Shown piece by piece: positions 30,536 through 40,390 of a DNA stretch of 45,711 bases. The DNA is from Alphaproteobacteria bacterium (GTDB lineage Bacteria; Pseudomonadota; Alphaproteobacteria; CACZRW01), in assembly GCA_017507765.1 (NCBI GenBank), contig JAFWAG010000033.1:1-45711 (forward strand). Direction: 5' to 3'. The notes under the pieces are model-generated. The model had not been told where the DNA came from. It did not search any database and saw nothing but the letters and a program-made list of their open reading frames with translations. Within the stretch, counting starts at the first letter, position 1, and every line of letters starts with the position of its first letter. The position numbers and the translations under genes were made by a program.

Positions 30536-31082
30536 GGGAAAGAAATTGCTGGCACCATCGCCGGAAATAACTCGGCCGACAGCTGACAGAGCAAAGGAGG
30601 CTTTGTTCGGTATTTTGGAAAGCCGGTTTATTGCCGAAGGACGCTCTTTTGCCGAAATAAACTTTCTGGACGCCTTTGCCGGTAGCGGTGCTATTGGCTT
30701 GGAGGCTTTATCCCGTGGGGCAAAATATGTTGTCTTTGCCGAAAAAAATCCCGAGGCGGAAGCTTGTATCCGGAAAAATCTGACGGCAATAAACGGACAG
30801 GAAAAAGCAGATATCTATGGCGATGTTTTGAAACTTCCCAAGGCAAAAAGTGCTTTTTCCGTGGTGTTCTTGGACGCTCCTTACGGAAAGGGGCTGATTG
30901 TTCCCGCACTTTCTTATTTACGCCGTGCCGGTTGGATTGGGGCGGATACAATCTGTATTGCGGAAAATGAGGCAAAGGAAAACTTTACCGGAGCCGAGGG
31001 ATTCATTATTACTGATGTCAGAAAATACGGACGGGCAAGCTTTATATTTTTAAAAATCGCAGATGATGAGGATAAAAAATGA
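30510..31082 (+). CDS. rsmD: 16S rRNA m2G966 methyltransferase
   Basis: MRIIAG..KG..L, RPT.DR.KEALF, LDAFAGSGAIGLEALSRGA, DAPY. Confidence 0.93.
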   Translation: MRIIAGKAKGKKLLAPSPEITRPTADRAKEALFGILESRFIAEGRSFAEINFLDAFAGSGAIGLEALSRGAKYVVFAEKNPEAEACIRKNLTAINGQEKADIYGDVLKLPKAKSAFSVVFLDAPYGKGLIVPALSYLRRAGWIGADTICIAENEAKENFTGAEGFIITDVRKYGRASFIFLKIADDEDKK

Positions 31083-31417
31083 ATACTCCCCTGCAAAACC
31101 TGAGCGTATGGCAAAAAGCCGTACTGGAAAACGTACAAAGTGCTGATGCTCCTGATTTATCGGAACGGCAGATGGCTATTTTGTTGACGGTGTACCTTAA
31201 ACCGTATCCGCATACCGTGAAAAGCCTTTCCGAGCTGTTAATCATTTCCAAACCTCCGGTAACCAGAGCGCTGGATACTCTTGCTTCGTACGGATTTATT
31301 AAACGCCAGCCGGACAGAAAAGATAAAAGAAAAGTTCTGATTATGCGAACCGTAAAAGGGGCTGAGTTCTTAAGCAAATTCGCAGGAATTATCGGTAAAG
31401 CAGAACAAGGTATATAG
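31079..31417 (+). CDS. MarR-family winged-helix regulator
   Basis: DLSERQMAILLTVYL..HTVK.L...L.ISKPPVTRALD.L, D..DKR. Confidence 0.9.
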   Translation: MNTPLQNLSVWQKAVLENVQSADAPDLSERQMAILLTVYLKPYPHTVKSLSELLIISKPPVTRALDTLASYGFIKRQPDRKDKRKVLIMRTVKGAEFLSKFAGIIGKAEQGI

Positions 31418-31420
31418 TTT

Positions 31421-31771
31421 ATGGACGGCGAAAAAAAACATGAATATCCCAAAAATTGGTTGGGAGTTTTGTTGGTTATAATTTCGGCGGTTTCTTGCTC
31501 GGTCGGAGCGTTGTTTTGGAAAATGGCCGATGCCGGTATCAATGCCGAACTGTTTGCCGGATACTTTTTTCAATGCCTTGGAGTTCCTTTTTTAATTGCC
31601 GCATTTAAGTTCGGAAAGCTTTCCGCTTTGCACCCGATTATGGCGTTTAGTTATGTCGTAACGGTTTTGCTTGGTGTCTTGGTGCTGAAAGAACAGATTT
31701 CTGCTTTGCAGGCGCTGGGATTGCTTTTAATCCTTGCCGGAGTGTTCTTGTTAAGTCGGGAGAAAGAGTGA
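31421..31771 (+). CDS. SMR/EamA-like 4-TM protein (ArnE/F-like)
   Basis: Four TM segments; G.LS..HP....YV...LG..VLKE.IS. Confidence 0.8.
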   Translation: MDGEKKHEYPKNWLGVLLVIISAVSCSVGALFWKMADAGINAELFAGYFFQCLGVPFLIAAFKFGKLSALHPIMAFSYVVTVLLGVLVLKEQISALQALGLLLILAGVFLLSREKE

Positions 31772-31772
31772 A

Positions 31773-32111
31773 ATGCTTAATCTTTCCGTACTTTTAGCTT
31801 TGGCTTTAATCTTTGCAAATACCATGACAAGTTCTTTGGGGGCTTTTGCTTTTAAAAAGGCAAGTGCGGAGAAAAAAGCTTGGAAATACCTTGTTTGGGG
31901 ATTGGCGGCGTATTTTGTTTCCAGTGTTACTTTAATCATTGCTTTGAAAGCTATTCCTTTGGGGATAGCCTATCCTTTAACCGCTTTGACTTATGTGTGG
32001 ACGCAGATTATCGCTTATAAATGGGGCGGAGAGCTAATTACGCCTAAACAAAAAGCGGGCGTGGCTTTAATCTTGGGCGGAATAACCTGCCTTTCCATTG
32101 CTACACTATAA
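31773..32111 (+). CDS. SMR/EamA-like 4-TM protein, probable heterodimer partner
   Basis: PL.IAYPLTALTYVW...E.IT.....GV.LI..GI. Confidence 0.8.
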   Translation: MLNLSVLLALALIFANTMTSSLGAFAFKKASAEKKAWKYLVWGLAAYFVSSVTLIIALKAIPLGIAYPLTALTYVWTQIIAYKWGGELITPKQKAGVALILGGITCLSIATL

Positions 32112-32128
32112 AAATGCGGCGAAAATAT

Positions 32129-32157
32129 TTGACAAACTAAAGAGCTTTCGCTATGAT
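32129..32157 (+). promoter_or_regulatory. Sigma70 promoter for the orphan operon
   Basis: TTGACA-17 nt-TATGAT. Confidence 0.65.
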
Positions 32158-32283
32158 GCTCTGTAAAGTTGCCAAAAATGTATTAAAGGCGAAAAAATAA
32201 AAATGGATAGGTTGCCAAGAAAATTGGAGCCGTAATTAAAGTGTTAATAAAAAACAGAACTATTAAAAAAGCGCAGGAAAATT

Positions 32284-33042
32284 ATGAAAAATATAAACTT
32301 AACCCAAGAAGATAAAAGAGAAATAGACGCTCTTTTAATGTATGGGGAAGGGCATTGGAACACAGATGCAAAAGACATTTTTTCTTCGTATATGGAAGAA
32401 AAACTTCAAACACATGGGGCTGATTTCTTAGAAACGGTAAAAGTTTATGTCGTAGAAAATATGTCTTTGTTGGAACAGTATCAGTATACAGATAATTTTA
32501 TAGCTGTTTTGGATAAAGTTTTGCAAGAGCATGAGTTTGATAAAAAAGATGCGCAAACTTTTGATACTATTTGGAACGACGGGCATATAGGTGCGTATAT
32601 CTTTGTCGTGGAAAATACTTTGTTAAGAGGCGAAAGGTTCGCTATCGGCGCATATGCATATCTGCAAAATGAAAAAGGTATGATTTCTGCCGCAGACAGA
32701 GAGTGCTTTTTCTCGGTAATGCATAAAGCTGTACAGAGTAAAGTCGTTGATGATGTGCATAAACTTGAAACTGGAGAGATAACTTCTAATGCCTTTGAGG
32801 CGGCTATGATTGATATGGCCGGCGGAAAAAATCTCCGCTATGGTCCGGTTATTTTCGCAGATATATGTAAAATTATTTACAATTCCGCAATGAAAGAAGT
32901 TTTGTCGGAAAGAGCTAAGAAAACAGTTAGAAAACTTATAACAAATATGTCTAGTCTGTATTTGAATTATCAAAATCAAAGCTTCAATAAAGTGATGTCG
33001 GAAGGCTTGGCAAATGAACATTATTCGGGACGGGGAAAATGA
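32284..33042 (+). CDS. Hypothetical protein
   Basis: 252-aa ORF, SD cagga, no recognised family. Confidence 0.75.
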   Translation: MKNINLTQEDKREIDALLMYGEGHWNTDAKDIFSSYMEEKLQTHGADFLETVKVYVVENMSLLEQYQYTDNFIAVLDKVLQEHEFDKKDAQTFDTIWNDGHIGAYIFVVENTLLRGERFAIGAYAYLQNEKGMISAADRECFFSVMHKAVQSKVVDDVHKLETGEITSNAFEAAMIDMAGGKNLRYGPVIFADICKIIYNSAMKEVLSERAKKTVRKLITNMSSLYLNYQNQSFNKVMSEGLANEHYSGRGK

Positions 33043-33278
33043 TAGGCAACAAAACAGATTTTACCGCAAAAGATATAGAGTTTGTTGAGCTTATGCTGAA
33101 AGATGCTTATGCCCAACCGGTCTTTCGGACAGAGATTTTTAATATGCTGTATAGAGATGCTAAGGATAACGGTCCGGCCTTTATGCGCAAAGAAGTAAAA
33201 TATCTGTTGGCGGATAAAGTTCACAAGAAAAGAGCCGCAGCTTTAGTGAATATGCTGTGTTCAAAAATAAGAGAGTAA
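33039..33278 (+). CDS. Hypothetical protein
   Basis: 79 aa; ATGA overlap with the previous gene. Confidence 0.7.
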   Translation: MIGNKTDFTAKDIEFVELMLKDAYAQPVFRTEIFNMLYRDAKDNGPAFMRKEVKYLLADKVHKKRAAALVNMLCSKIRE

Positions 33279-33291
33279 AAGGAGCGGATAC

Positions 33292-33606
33292 ATGGTGTAT
33301 AATGAAGAAAAAGTGGAAGCAGCAGTAAATGCTTTGGTCGATGATTTGTTCGCCGGAAAAATGGTTCCTTCGGTTTTTGAAGAAAAGATATGGGAAGTTG
33401 CCGGCGGAAAATCGTTTCAAAATGTAGAGTTATATAACATGGTACAGTTTACCATGGAAAGTCGGGCATTTTCTCATCATAAGCCAACAATCTTTAATAA
33501 AATAATCCGTCCGATGGAAAAGGCTATGACGGATAATTACAAAAGAAGAATGAATATCGGGATAGTAAAAAAAGCCGGCCACAGTGCGGGAAATGAAGGA
33601 AGATAA
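33292..33606 (+). CDS. Hypothetical protein
   Basis: 104 aa; SD aaggag. Confidence 0.72.
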   Translation: MVYNEEKVEAAVNALVDDLFAGKMVPSVFEEKIWEVAGGKSFQNVELYNMVQFTMESRAFSHHKPTIFNKIIRPMEKAMTDNYKRRMNIGIVKKAGHSAGNEGR

Positions 33607-33621
33607 ATAAAGGAAAGAACC

Positions 33622-34179
33622 ATGGTTGCAGATTTTGGGGAACTTAATCAGGGAAAATATGTTTTTACCTTGGAAGCGGCAAAGCAAATAGAAGATATGT
33701 TGAAGCTTGATGCCGTGGAAACTGCGGTGGCAGAAATTGTTACCTTGGCCGGTGGGGAAGATTTGGCAAAAGGCAGGGATTATGCCGCTAAGGTTGTTTC
33801 TTTCTTGCGGGGAATGGAAAAATCCCCCAAAACCGGAATGGCTTTGACAAGGATTGAACGAAATATCGTTTATTATGATACCAGAGAAGCAATTGCTTAT
33901 TACGATAATATTGCCGTGAACAACAACGGTTCTTTGGGTGGAAGTGAAAAGCCGCTGTTTGAAGCCGTAAAAGATTTAACCGGTATTGATGAAAATAATA
34001 ATTTTACCAAGGGAATGTTGATTCCTTTGGCGGTAAGGCAGGAAGCTTTGCGTTGTCAGGGCAACGGTCTTCATATGCCGAAAATCGCCGATGCTTTTGT
34101 GGCAGAGGTTGATAAAGCTATGCAGAAGATTCATGAAAACGCCAAGATTGCAATTATGAGCCAAAAAGTTAACGCCTGA
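33622..34179 (+). CDS. Hypothetical protein
   Basis: 185 aa; SD aagga. Confidence 0.72.
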   Translation: MVADFGELNQGKYVFTLEAAKQIEDMLKLDAVETAVAEIVTLAGGEDLAKGRDYAAKVVSFLRGMEKSPKTGMALTRIERNIVYYDTREAIAYYDNIAVNNNGSLGGSEKPLFEAVKDLTGIDENNNFTKGMLIPLAVRQEALRCQGNGLHMPKIADAFVAEVDKAMQKIHENAKIAIMSQKVNA

Positions 34180-34217
34180 AAACGTTATGCGGATTTTAGG
34201 TTTATGCGACACAAAAG

Positions 34218-34246
34218 AAAGGCTGCGGGAGGTTTTCGCAGCCTTT
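34218..34246. terminator. Bidirectional terminator between the orphan operon and ctrA
   Basis: aaaggctgcggga-ggt-tttcgcagccttt. Confidence 0.7.
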
Positions 34247-34273
34247 AATCTGTAAGGAGAAAATGAGAAAAGT

Positions 34274-34981
34274 TTAACCGGCTTTGGATTTTTTCTTTTC
34301 TTCTTTCTTTGGTTCCTGAAGCATATAGCCACGTCCCCAAACCGTAACGATATAATCTTCACCTTGGGTAAGCTCCAAAAGCTTTTTCCGAAGTTTACAA
34401 ATGAAAACGTCGATAATCTTTAATTCCGGTTCGTCAATGCCGCCGTAAAGGTGATTTAAAAACTGTTCTTTGCTGAGGGTTGTGCCTTTGCGCAAAGCCA
34501 TAAGTTCCAATATCGAATATTCTTTGCCGGTAAGGTGCAAAGGTTTGCCTTTGACATTTACCATGTGTGCCGCAAGGTTGATTTCCAAAACCCCAATTTG
34601 AATCTTTGATTCCGCATGACCTTTGGAACGGCGGACAATCGCATTGATTCTGGCAACCAGTTCGTTGTTATCAAATGGTTTGGTTAAGTAATCGTCGGCG
34701 CCACAGCCAAGACCTTTGACTTTTTTATCGGCAGAGGAGTAACCCGATAAAATCAAAACCGGAGTCTTAACTTTGGAATTGCGGAGGCTTTGCAAAACTT
34801 CATACCCCGTCATATCCGGAAGACCGATATCCAAAATAATAATGTCGTAGTCGTAAAGCTTGCCTATTTCTAAACCGTCTTCGCCATAATCCGAAACATC
34901 AACGACCATGCCTTCTTTTTTTAAGGTAAGCTCTATGCTTTGTGAGACTGCTTTGTCATCTTCAATAAGTAAAACCCGCAT
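34274..34981 (-). CDS. ctrA: Cell-cycle response regulator CtrA
   Basis: [74 protein letters not shown]. Confidence 0.97.
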   Translation of the reverse strand: MRVLLIEDDKAVSQSIELTLKKEGMVVDVSDYGEDGLEIGKLYDYDIIILDIGLPDMTGYEVLQSLRNSKVKTPVLILSGYSSADKKVKGLGCGADDYLTKPFDNNELVARINAIVRRSKGHAESKIQIGVLEINLAAHMVNVKGKPLHLTGKEYSILELMALRKGTTLSKEQFLNHLYGGIDEPELKIIDVFICKLRKKLLELTQGEDYIVTVWGRGYMLQEPKKEEKKKSKAG

Positions 34982-35006
34982 TGTTTTTCTCCTCTCGCCG
35001 GACAGG

Positions 35007-35022
35007 TTAACAAAAAGTTAAC
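35007..35022. promoter_or_regulatory. CtrA-binding box in the ctrA/fliI divergent intergenic region
   Basis: TTAA-caaaaag-TTAAC; also a perfect TTAA-N7-TTAAC on the reverse strand. Confidence 0.8.
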
Positions 35023-35114
35023 GACATAACAATAGAATTAGTATTATATATATGCAAGAACTACTATTAAATGTTATTAATAATGTAATATAGTATCAAA
35101 GCAAGAGGAAAAAA

Positions 35115-36464
35115 GTGTCAGAATTGCTGGATAATCTGCGGGAAGACATTAAAAACGTGCCGAATGTGAAAAATTACGGCTCGGTTACGTCCGTGCGCGG
35201 GCTTTTGGTCGAGATATCCGGATTTAATGCCGATGTTTCGGTCGGAGACGTTTGCAATATCTTGACTAGAGACGGACGCTTGGTTCCTTGTGAAGCCGTC
35301 GGCTTCGCCTCGGGGAAAGCTTTGGTGATGCCGTTTAAATCTTTGGACGGGATAGGACCAGGGGCAAAAGTCGAAATAGCCGGAGCGAAACAGGTGCTTT
35401 ATCCGCATGAATCTTGGCTTGGACGGGTGATAAATGCTTTCGGAGAGCCGGTGGACGGTAAAGGACCTTTGCTGAAAGGAAAAACTCCCTGCTTGATTCA
35501 TAATACTCCGCCGCCGGCAAGTATGCGCCAAAGGGTTCGTGGTAAGGTGGACTTGGGTGTAAGAGCCATAAATACTTTCCTGACGGTGTGCAGAGGGCAA
35601 AGAATGGGTATTTTTGCCGGCTCCGGAGTCGGAAAGTCTTCGTTGATTTCTATGATGGCAAAACATACTACCGCTAATGTCAATGTTCTTGGCTTGGTGG
35701 GGGAGAGAGGCAGAGAAGCTCGGGAGTTTATTGAAGACGATTTGGGCGAAGAAGGTATGAAACGCAGCGTGGTTGTGGTGGCAACTTCCGATGAAAGCCC
35801 TTTGATGCGCCGCCAGTGTGCTTATACGGCGATGACAATTGCCGAGTTCTTTCGGGATAAAAAGCAAGATGTTTTATGCATGATGGACAGTATTACCCGT
35901 TTTGCCATGGCTCAGCGGGAGATTTCTTTGTCCGTCGGAGAGCCTCCGGCAAGTAAGGGATATACGCCGTCGGTTTTTGCCGAACTGCCCAGACTGTTAG
36001 AGCGTGCTGGCCCCGGTTTGGAAGGAAAAGGCTCAATTACCGGCTTGTTCACCGTGTTGGTGGAAGGCGATGACCATAACGAACCTATCGCAGATGCCGT
36101 GAGAGGTATTCTGGACGGTCATATCGTGCTTGACAGGACTATAGCTGAACGAGGACGCTTTCCGGCGATAAATATTCTGCGCAGTATCTCTCGTACGATG
36201 CCAATGTGTAATAATGCCGAGGAAAATCTGTTGGTAACTACCGCCAGAGGTATTTTGGCAACGTATGAAAATATGGCGGAACTTATCCGCTTGGGTGCTT
36301 ATCGCCGTGGCTCTAATGCCGAGGTTGATACCGCTATGGACTATTATCCAAACTTGGAAAAGTTCGTAGCTCAGGCAAAAAAGGAAAAGGTAACTTTGGC
36401 AGAAGGATATGCTCAGCTTAAAGAAATCTTGCTGTCTTTGCTGCCGGCGGAAAGCGATAAATAA
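35115..36464 (+). CDS. fliI: Flagellar export ATPase FliI
   Basis: GQRMGIFAGSGVGKS, GERGRE, DSITRFAMAQRE, ILDGHIVL, LGAY. Confidence 0.95.
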   Translation: MSELLDNLREDIKNVPNVKNYGSVTSVRGLLVEISGFNADVSVGDVCNILTRDGRLVPCEAVGFASGKALVMPFKSLDGIGPGAKVEIAGAKQVLYPHESWLGRVINAFGEPVDGKGPLLKGKTPCLIHNTPPPASMRQRVRGKVDLGVRAINTFLTVCRGQRMGIFAGSGVGKSSLISMMAKHTTANVNVLGLVGERGREAREFIEDDLGEEGMKRSVVVVATSDESPLMRRQCAYTAMTIAEFFRDKKQDVLCMMDSITRFAMAQREISLSVGEPPASKGYTPSVFAELPRLLERAGPGLEGKGSITGLFTVLVEGDDHNEPIADAVRGILDGHIVLDRTIAERGRFPAINILRSISRTMPMCNNAEENLLVTTARGILATYENMAELIRLGAYRRGSNAEVDTAMDYYPNLEKFVAQAKKEKVTLAEGYAQLKEILLSLLPAESDK

Positions 36465-36883
36465 TGGGTAAAAAGACAATACCTTCCCTGATAAGGGTGC
36501 ATAAATGGGAGGTCGACGAAAAACGTCAGGCTTTGGCTCGGCTACAAGATGCGCAGGATAAACTTATCGAAGCAAGAAAAAAGCAAGATAAAGAACTGGA
36601 AACCGAAAAAAAAGCCGCTTTGCAAAATCCTGAACAAAGTATGACTTTCGGGGCGTATGTCGAAAGATATCTGCAAAAAAAAGACGAACTGGAAAAAATG
36701 ATTGCCGACTTGCAAAACGAAATAAATGCCGCAAGAGACGACCTTGCCGATGCTTTTCGGGAGCTGAAAGTTTATGAAGTTTTGCAGGAACAGCATGAAC
36801 AAGCCGAAAAACTGGAAAACGACCGTAAAGAACAAAAGTATCTGGACGAAATAGCCCAGAAAAATAAAATGCCTGCCGAATAA
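36464..36883 (+). CDS. fliJ: Flagellar export protein FliJ
   Basis: LIRVHKWEVDEKR..L, AF.ELK.YE, EQ..LDE coiled coil; overlaps the fliI stop. Confidence 0.85.
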   Translation: MGKKTIPSLIRVHKWEVDEKRQALARLQDAQDKLIEARKKQDKELETEKKAALQNPEQSMTFGAYVERYLQKKDELEKMIADLQNEINAARDDLADAFRELKVYEVLQEQHEQAEKLENDRKEQKYLDEIAQKNKMPAE

Positions 36884-36914
36884 AAAACGGGAGAAGATAA
36901 CTTCCCCCGCTTTT
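36882..36914. terminator. Terminator hairpin after fliJ
   Basis: aaaaaacgggagaag-ataa-cttcccccgctttt. Confidence 0.6.
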
Positions 36915-36931
36915 AATGAAAAATAATGCTT

Positions 36932-37225
36932 TTAACCAATGCTGTGTTCAATATGGTGGTTACTGGAAGTAATACTTCTGGTTTTTAAAACTTCGTCTTG
37001 AATAACCGAGCGAAGTTCCGGATCGTTTATGTAATCGTTAAGGATTACTTTGCCATAACGGGGAGCGTTGGTGTTAATGTGATGAAGTTCGGCAGCCACT
37101 TCTTTGCTGATAGCAGAGTCGTTGAGTTCTACATATAACTCACCTTGCTTGTCATAGCGGGCAGCATTAACAATTGCTACGATTTCATGGAAAACTTTTT
37201 TGGGTTCTTTGTTCTTGTTAGACAT
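36932..37225 (-). CDS. Hypothetical protein
   Basis: 97 aa; SD gagga; no recognised family. Confidence 0.65.
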   Translation of the reverse strand: MSNKNKEPKKVFHEIVAIVNAARYDKQGELYVELNDSAISKEVAAELHHINTNAPRYGKVILNDYINDPELRSVIQDEVLKTRSITSSNHHIEHSIG

Positions 37226-37482
37226 TTATTCCTCGCTTATTACATAACTGTTTTGTACTTTTTATGTCATTGTGCCTTGGGTATTTATAGTATGGCGGAA
37301 AAATTGGACAGTAAAGGATTGTTTGGGCTGTTTTGGGATAAAAATATAAATGTTCGCCGCATAAGCTTTTTAAGTGCAAATACGGGAGGGAAAACAGATG
37401 CTTCCGGTGGCTTTTTTTATTGCCTTTTGTATGGATAAATAATACCGTGAGCGAAGGTTAGTTTTTGATAAGGACAGGAAAA

Positions 37483-37995
37483 ATGGTAAAAAACTTTTTG
37501 AATGAATTTAAAAAATTCGCAATGCGTGGCAATGTTATCGATATGGCTGTCGGTATTATTATCGGTGCCGCTTTCGGTAAAATTGTGGACTCTTTGGTTA
37601 AAGATATCATTATGCCTCCGCTGGGGCTTTTGCTTGGTAAAGTAGATTTTGCCAACTTGTTCTTGGTCTTGAAAGACGGGCCGACCATACCGGGGCCGTA
37701 TATGTCTTTGGACGTGGCTCAGAATGCCGGTGCGGTTACTTTGAATGTCGGACTTTTCATCAATGTAATGATAAGCTTTATTATTGTCGCTTTCGCAGTC
37801 TTCATTCTGATTAAAGCCGTAAATAAATTACAGGAAAGCTTGGATAAAAAAGATAAAGCCGCAGAAGCAAAAACAACAAAAACTTGCCCGTATTGCTGTG
37901 AGGAAATCCCCATAAAAGCTGTAAAGTGTCCTCGTTGTACGGCTGATATTGCTGAAAAGCCAAAGAAAACAACGGCTAGACAAACGGCAAAATAA
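37483..37995 (+). CDS. mscL: Large-conductance mechanosensitive channel with C-terminal zinc ribbon
   Basis: EFKKFAMRGNVIDMAVGIIIGAAFGKIV.SLV.DIIMP; tail CPYC..CPRCT. Confidence 0.96.
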   Translation: MVKNFLNEFKKFAMRGNVIDMAVGIIIGAAFGKIVDSLVKDIIMPPLGLLLGKVDFANLFLVLKDGPTIPGPYMSLDVAQNAGAVTLNVGLFINVMISFIIVAFAVFILIKAVNKLQESLDKKDKAAEAKTTKTCPYCCEEIPIKAVKCPRCTADIAEKPKKTTARQTAK

Positions 37996-38004
37996 GGGAA
38001 GAAA

Positions 38005-39408
38005 ATGGCGATAACTTTTTATAATTCTTTGACTAAAAAGGCGGAACCTTTTGTTCCTTTGAATGCCGGTGAAGTCAAAATGTACAGCTGTGGGCCGACG
38101 ATTTATAACTATTCTCATATAGGCAATTTCCGTGCGTTTGTGTTTTATGACTTGTTGGTGCGTTATCTGCGCTTTAGGGGTTTTGACGTTACTCATGTCA
38201 TGAACCTTACCGATGTCGACGATAAAACAATTAAAGGCTCAATGGCAAAAGGGCAGAGTCTGACCGACTATACTTCTTTTTATGAAAAAGAGTTTTTAAA
38301 GGATATGCAGACCCTGAATATGAACCGCCCGAATATAATTCCTAAGGCTACCGAAGAAATAGACGCTATGGTTGAGCTTATTTCTAAGCTTTTGGAAAAA
38401 GGTCATGCCTATAAAAACGATAAGGGAGATATTTATTTTAAGATTTCTTCCTTCCCAGAGTATGGCGAAATGGCGGATATTGATAAACGCTCGTTAAAGG
38501 AAAATGCCGATAACCGTTTGAACAGTGCGGACGAATACGGCAAAGACAATGTCTTTGATTTTGCGCTTTGGAAAGCTTGGGACGAAAATGACGGCGATGT
38601 TTATTGGGAAACCAAAATCGGTAAGGGACGTCCGGGCTGGCATATCGAATGTTCGGCAATGTCGGCAAAGTATCTGGGGCAGCCTTTTGATATTCATACC
38701 GGAGGTATTGATTTAATCTTTCCGCATCATACTAATGAAATTGCTCAATCCGAATGTGCATGTGGGGTGAAGTTCTGTAATTACTGGATGCACAACGGGC
38801 ATTTGTTCGTAAACGGTAAAAAGATGTCAAAATCTTTAGGCAACTTCTATACCTTGCGAGATTTGCTGGATAAGGGTTATTCGGCGGAGGCTATCCGTTA
38901 TGAGCTGATTAAAGGACATTATCGCCAAGAACTCGATTTTAAAGAGGATAACTTGGAAGCTAATGCCAAGGTCATAAAGAAGTTTAAGGACTTTCTTTCT
39001 CGTTTGGACGATGTTAAGGACGCTTCCGGAACGGACGATGCTCAAGCTTTACTGGCGGAAACCAAAGAAGCCTTTATCCTTGCCATGGACGAGGATTTGA
39101 ATACCCCGAACGGCTTGGCCGTGCTCTTTGACTTTATGGGCGAAGTTAATAAGCGTATGCCGGAAATGTCCGCTAAAGGCGCAGAAGGTGTAAAAGCTTT
39201 GTTTAACTCCTTTATGGACGTTTTCGGGTTTGCTGTGGCGTCAAAAGAAGATGCTTTGAATGCCGAGGAAGAAGCTTTGTTTACGCAAAGAAATGCTGCT
39301 CGGGCAGAAAAGAATTATGCTTTGGCAGATGAGTTAAAGCAAAAACTGAAAGCTTTGGGAATCGAAGTGAAGGATACTGCGGATGGAAGCAAGTGGAGCC
39401 GGATTTAA
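38005..39408 (+). CDS. cysS: Cysteine--tRNA ligase
   Basis: CGPT.Y..HIGN, DFALWK, GRPGWHIECSAM, DLIFPHH.NE, KMSKSLGNF. Confidence 0.98.
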   Translation: MAITFYNSLTKKAEPFVPLNAGEVKMYSCGPTIYNYSHIGNFRAFVFYDLLVRYLRFRGFDVTHVMNLTDVDDKTIKGSMAKGQSLTDYTSFYEKEFLKDMQTLNMNRPNIIPKATEEIDAMVELISKLLEKGHAYKNDKGDIYFKISSFPEYGEMADIDKRSLKENADNRLNSADEYGKDNVFDFALWKAWDENDGDVYWETKIGKGRPGWHIECSAMSAKYLGQPFDIHTGGIDLIFPHHTNEIAQSECACGVKFCNYWMHNGHLFVNGKKMSKSLGNFYTLRDLLDKGYSAEAIRYELIKGHYRQELDFKEDNLEANAKVIKKFKDFLSRLDDVKDASGTDDAQALLAETKEAFILAMDEDLNTPNGLAVLFDFMGEVNKRMPEMSAKGAEGVKALFNSFMDVFGFAVASKEDALNAEEEALFTQRNAARAEKNYALADELKQKLKALGIEVKDTADGSKWSRI

Positions 39409-39446
39409 ATCCGGTTTTACTTTTCGTTGTGTTGGGTGGGGGAAGA

Positions 39447-39625
39447 TTTGGTGGAGCTGAAGAGGATTAAGGCGTAAAAAGTTGCCTTGAATGGCAATTT
39501 TTTCGCCTGTAATCTTAATTTTTGCTTAGAGAGGAAAACCGGCAGGTTTAACGAACTTAGCAAAAGTAAGGACGAATAGCTTTAGCGGAAAATATGAAAT
39601 ATTTTTTGGTGGAGCTGAAGAGGAT
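39447..39625. repeat. 21-bp direct repeat of the tRNA-Ala 3' end (39447-39467 and 39605-39625) flanking a short hairpin-rich insert
   Basis: tttggtggagctgaagaggat occurs twice, 158 bp apart. Confidence 0.88.
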
Positions 39626-39682
39626 CGAACTCTCGACCTACGCATTGCGAACGCGTCGCTCTCCCATCTGAGCTACAGCCCC
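39607..39682 (-). tRNA. tRNA-Ala(CGC)
   Basis: GGGGCTGTAGCTCAGATGGGAGAGCGACGCGTTCGCAATGCGTAGGTCGAGAGTTCGATCCTCTTCAGCTCCACCA; G3:U70 present. Confidence 0.96.
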
Positions 39683-39901
39683 ACGTTCCTTTGAAAAGAA
39701 GGGCATAATGGATATTATTCGCTTGGTTATCAAGTAATCATGATGAAAAAACGGGAAAAAGATATAAATAATTACGCTTTTTTCACTTTTAACTTGACGA
39801 AACGGCAGAATCTATATAATAAGCATCTTCCGATTTAGGGACATAAGGATTCGTTTACGGTTTTTGAAGGCCGTTTTTTGTTTTGTTGAAAGGATATAAA
39901 A

Positions 39902-40210
39902 ATGTCTAGACGTTGCGAAATAACTGGTAAAGGCGTAATGACCGGTAACAACGTTAGTCACGCTAACAATCACACAAGATGCCGCTTTCTTCCTAATTTG
40001 CAGGAAGTATCGCTTTTGAGCGAGATTCTGGGCGAAAGCGTTAAAATGCGTGTATCTGTAAGAGGTTTGCGTACGATAGAGCATAACGGAGGCTTGGACG
40101 CTTTTCTTCTTTCTACTTCGAATAGCAAGCTTACCGCAGAAGCTTTAGCCGTAAAGAAGCGCATAGAAAGAAAAATGCCAAAATCCGGAGAAGCTGTATC
40201 AGCTAACTAA
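39902..40210 (+). CDS. rpmB: 50S ribosomal protein L28
   Basis: [28 protein letters not shown]. Confidence 0.98.
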   Translation: MSRRCEITGKGVMTGNNVSHANNHTRCRFLPNLQEVSLLSEILGESVKMRVSVRGLRTIEHNGGLDAFLLSTSNSKLTAEALAVKKRIERKMPKSGEAVSAN

Positions 40211-40218
40211 AAAGTTTT

Positions 40219-40293
40219 TGGGTCGTCGCCAAGCGGTAAGGCAACGGGTTTTGATCCCGTCATTCCTAGGTTCGAATCCTAGCGACCCAGCCA
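40219..40293 (+). tRNA. tRNA-Gln(TTG)
   Basis: TGGGTCGTCGCCAAGCGGTAAGGCAACGGGTTTTGATCCCGTCATTCCTAGGTTCGAATCCTAGCGACCCAGCCA. Confidence 0.96.
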
Positions 40294-40300
40294 AAACATT

Positions 40301-40335
40301 AAAAGAGGTATGCAAATGCGTACCTCTTTTCTTTT
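40301..40335 (+). terminator. Terminator after tRNA-Gln
   Basis: aaaagaggtatgc-aaat-gcgtacctcttttctttt. Confidence 0.85.
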
Positions 40336-40390
40336 GGGGGAGGAGATAGCCATTGCTTCTTGGGGTAAAAGTGTAATAGGAAAATAATCC

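Noticed and set aside
37880-37995. Zinc ribbon on MscL as a novelty
   Set aside because: CPxC..CPxCT tails are already familiar in many MscL proteins.
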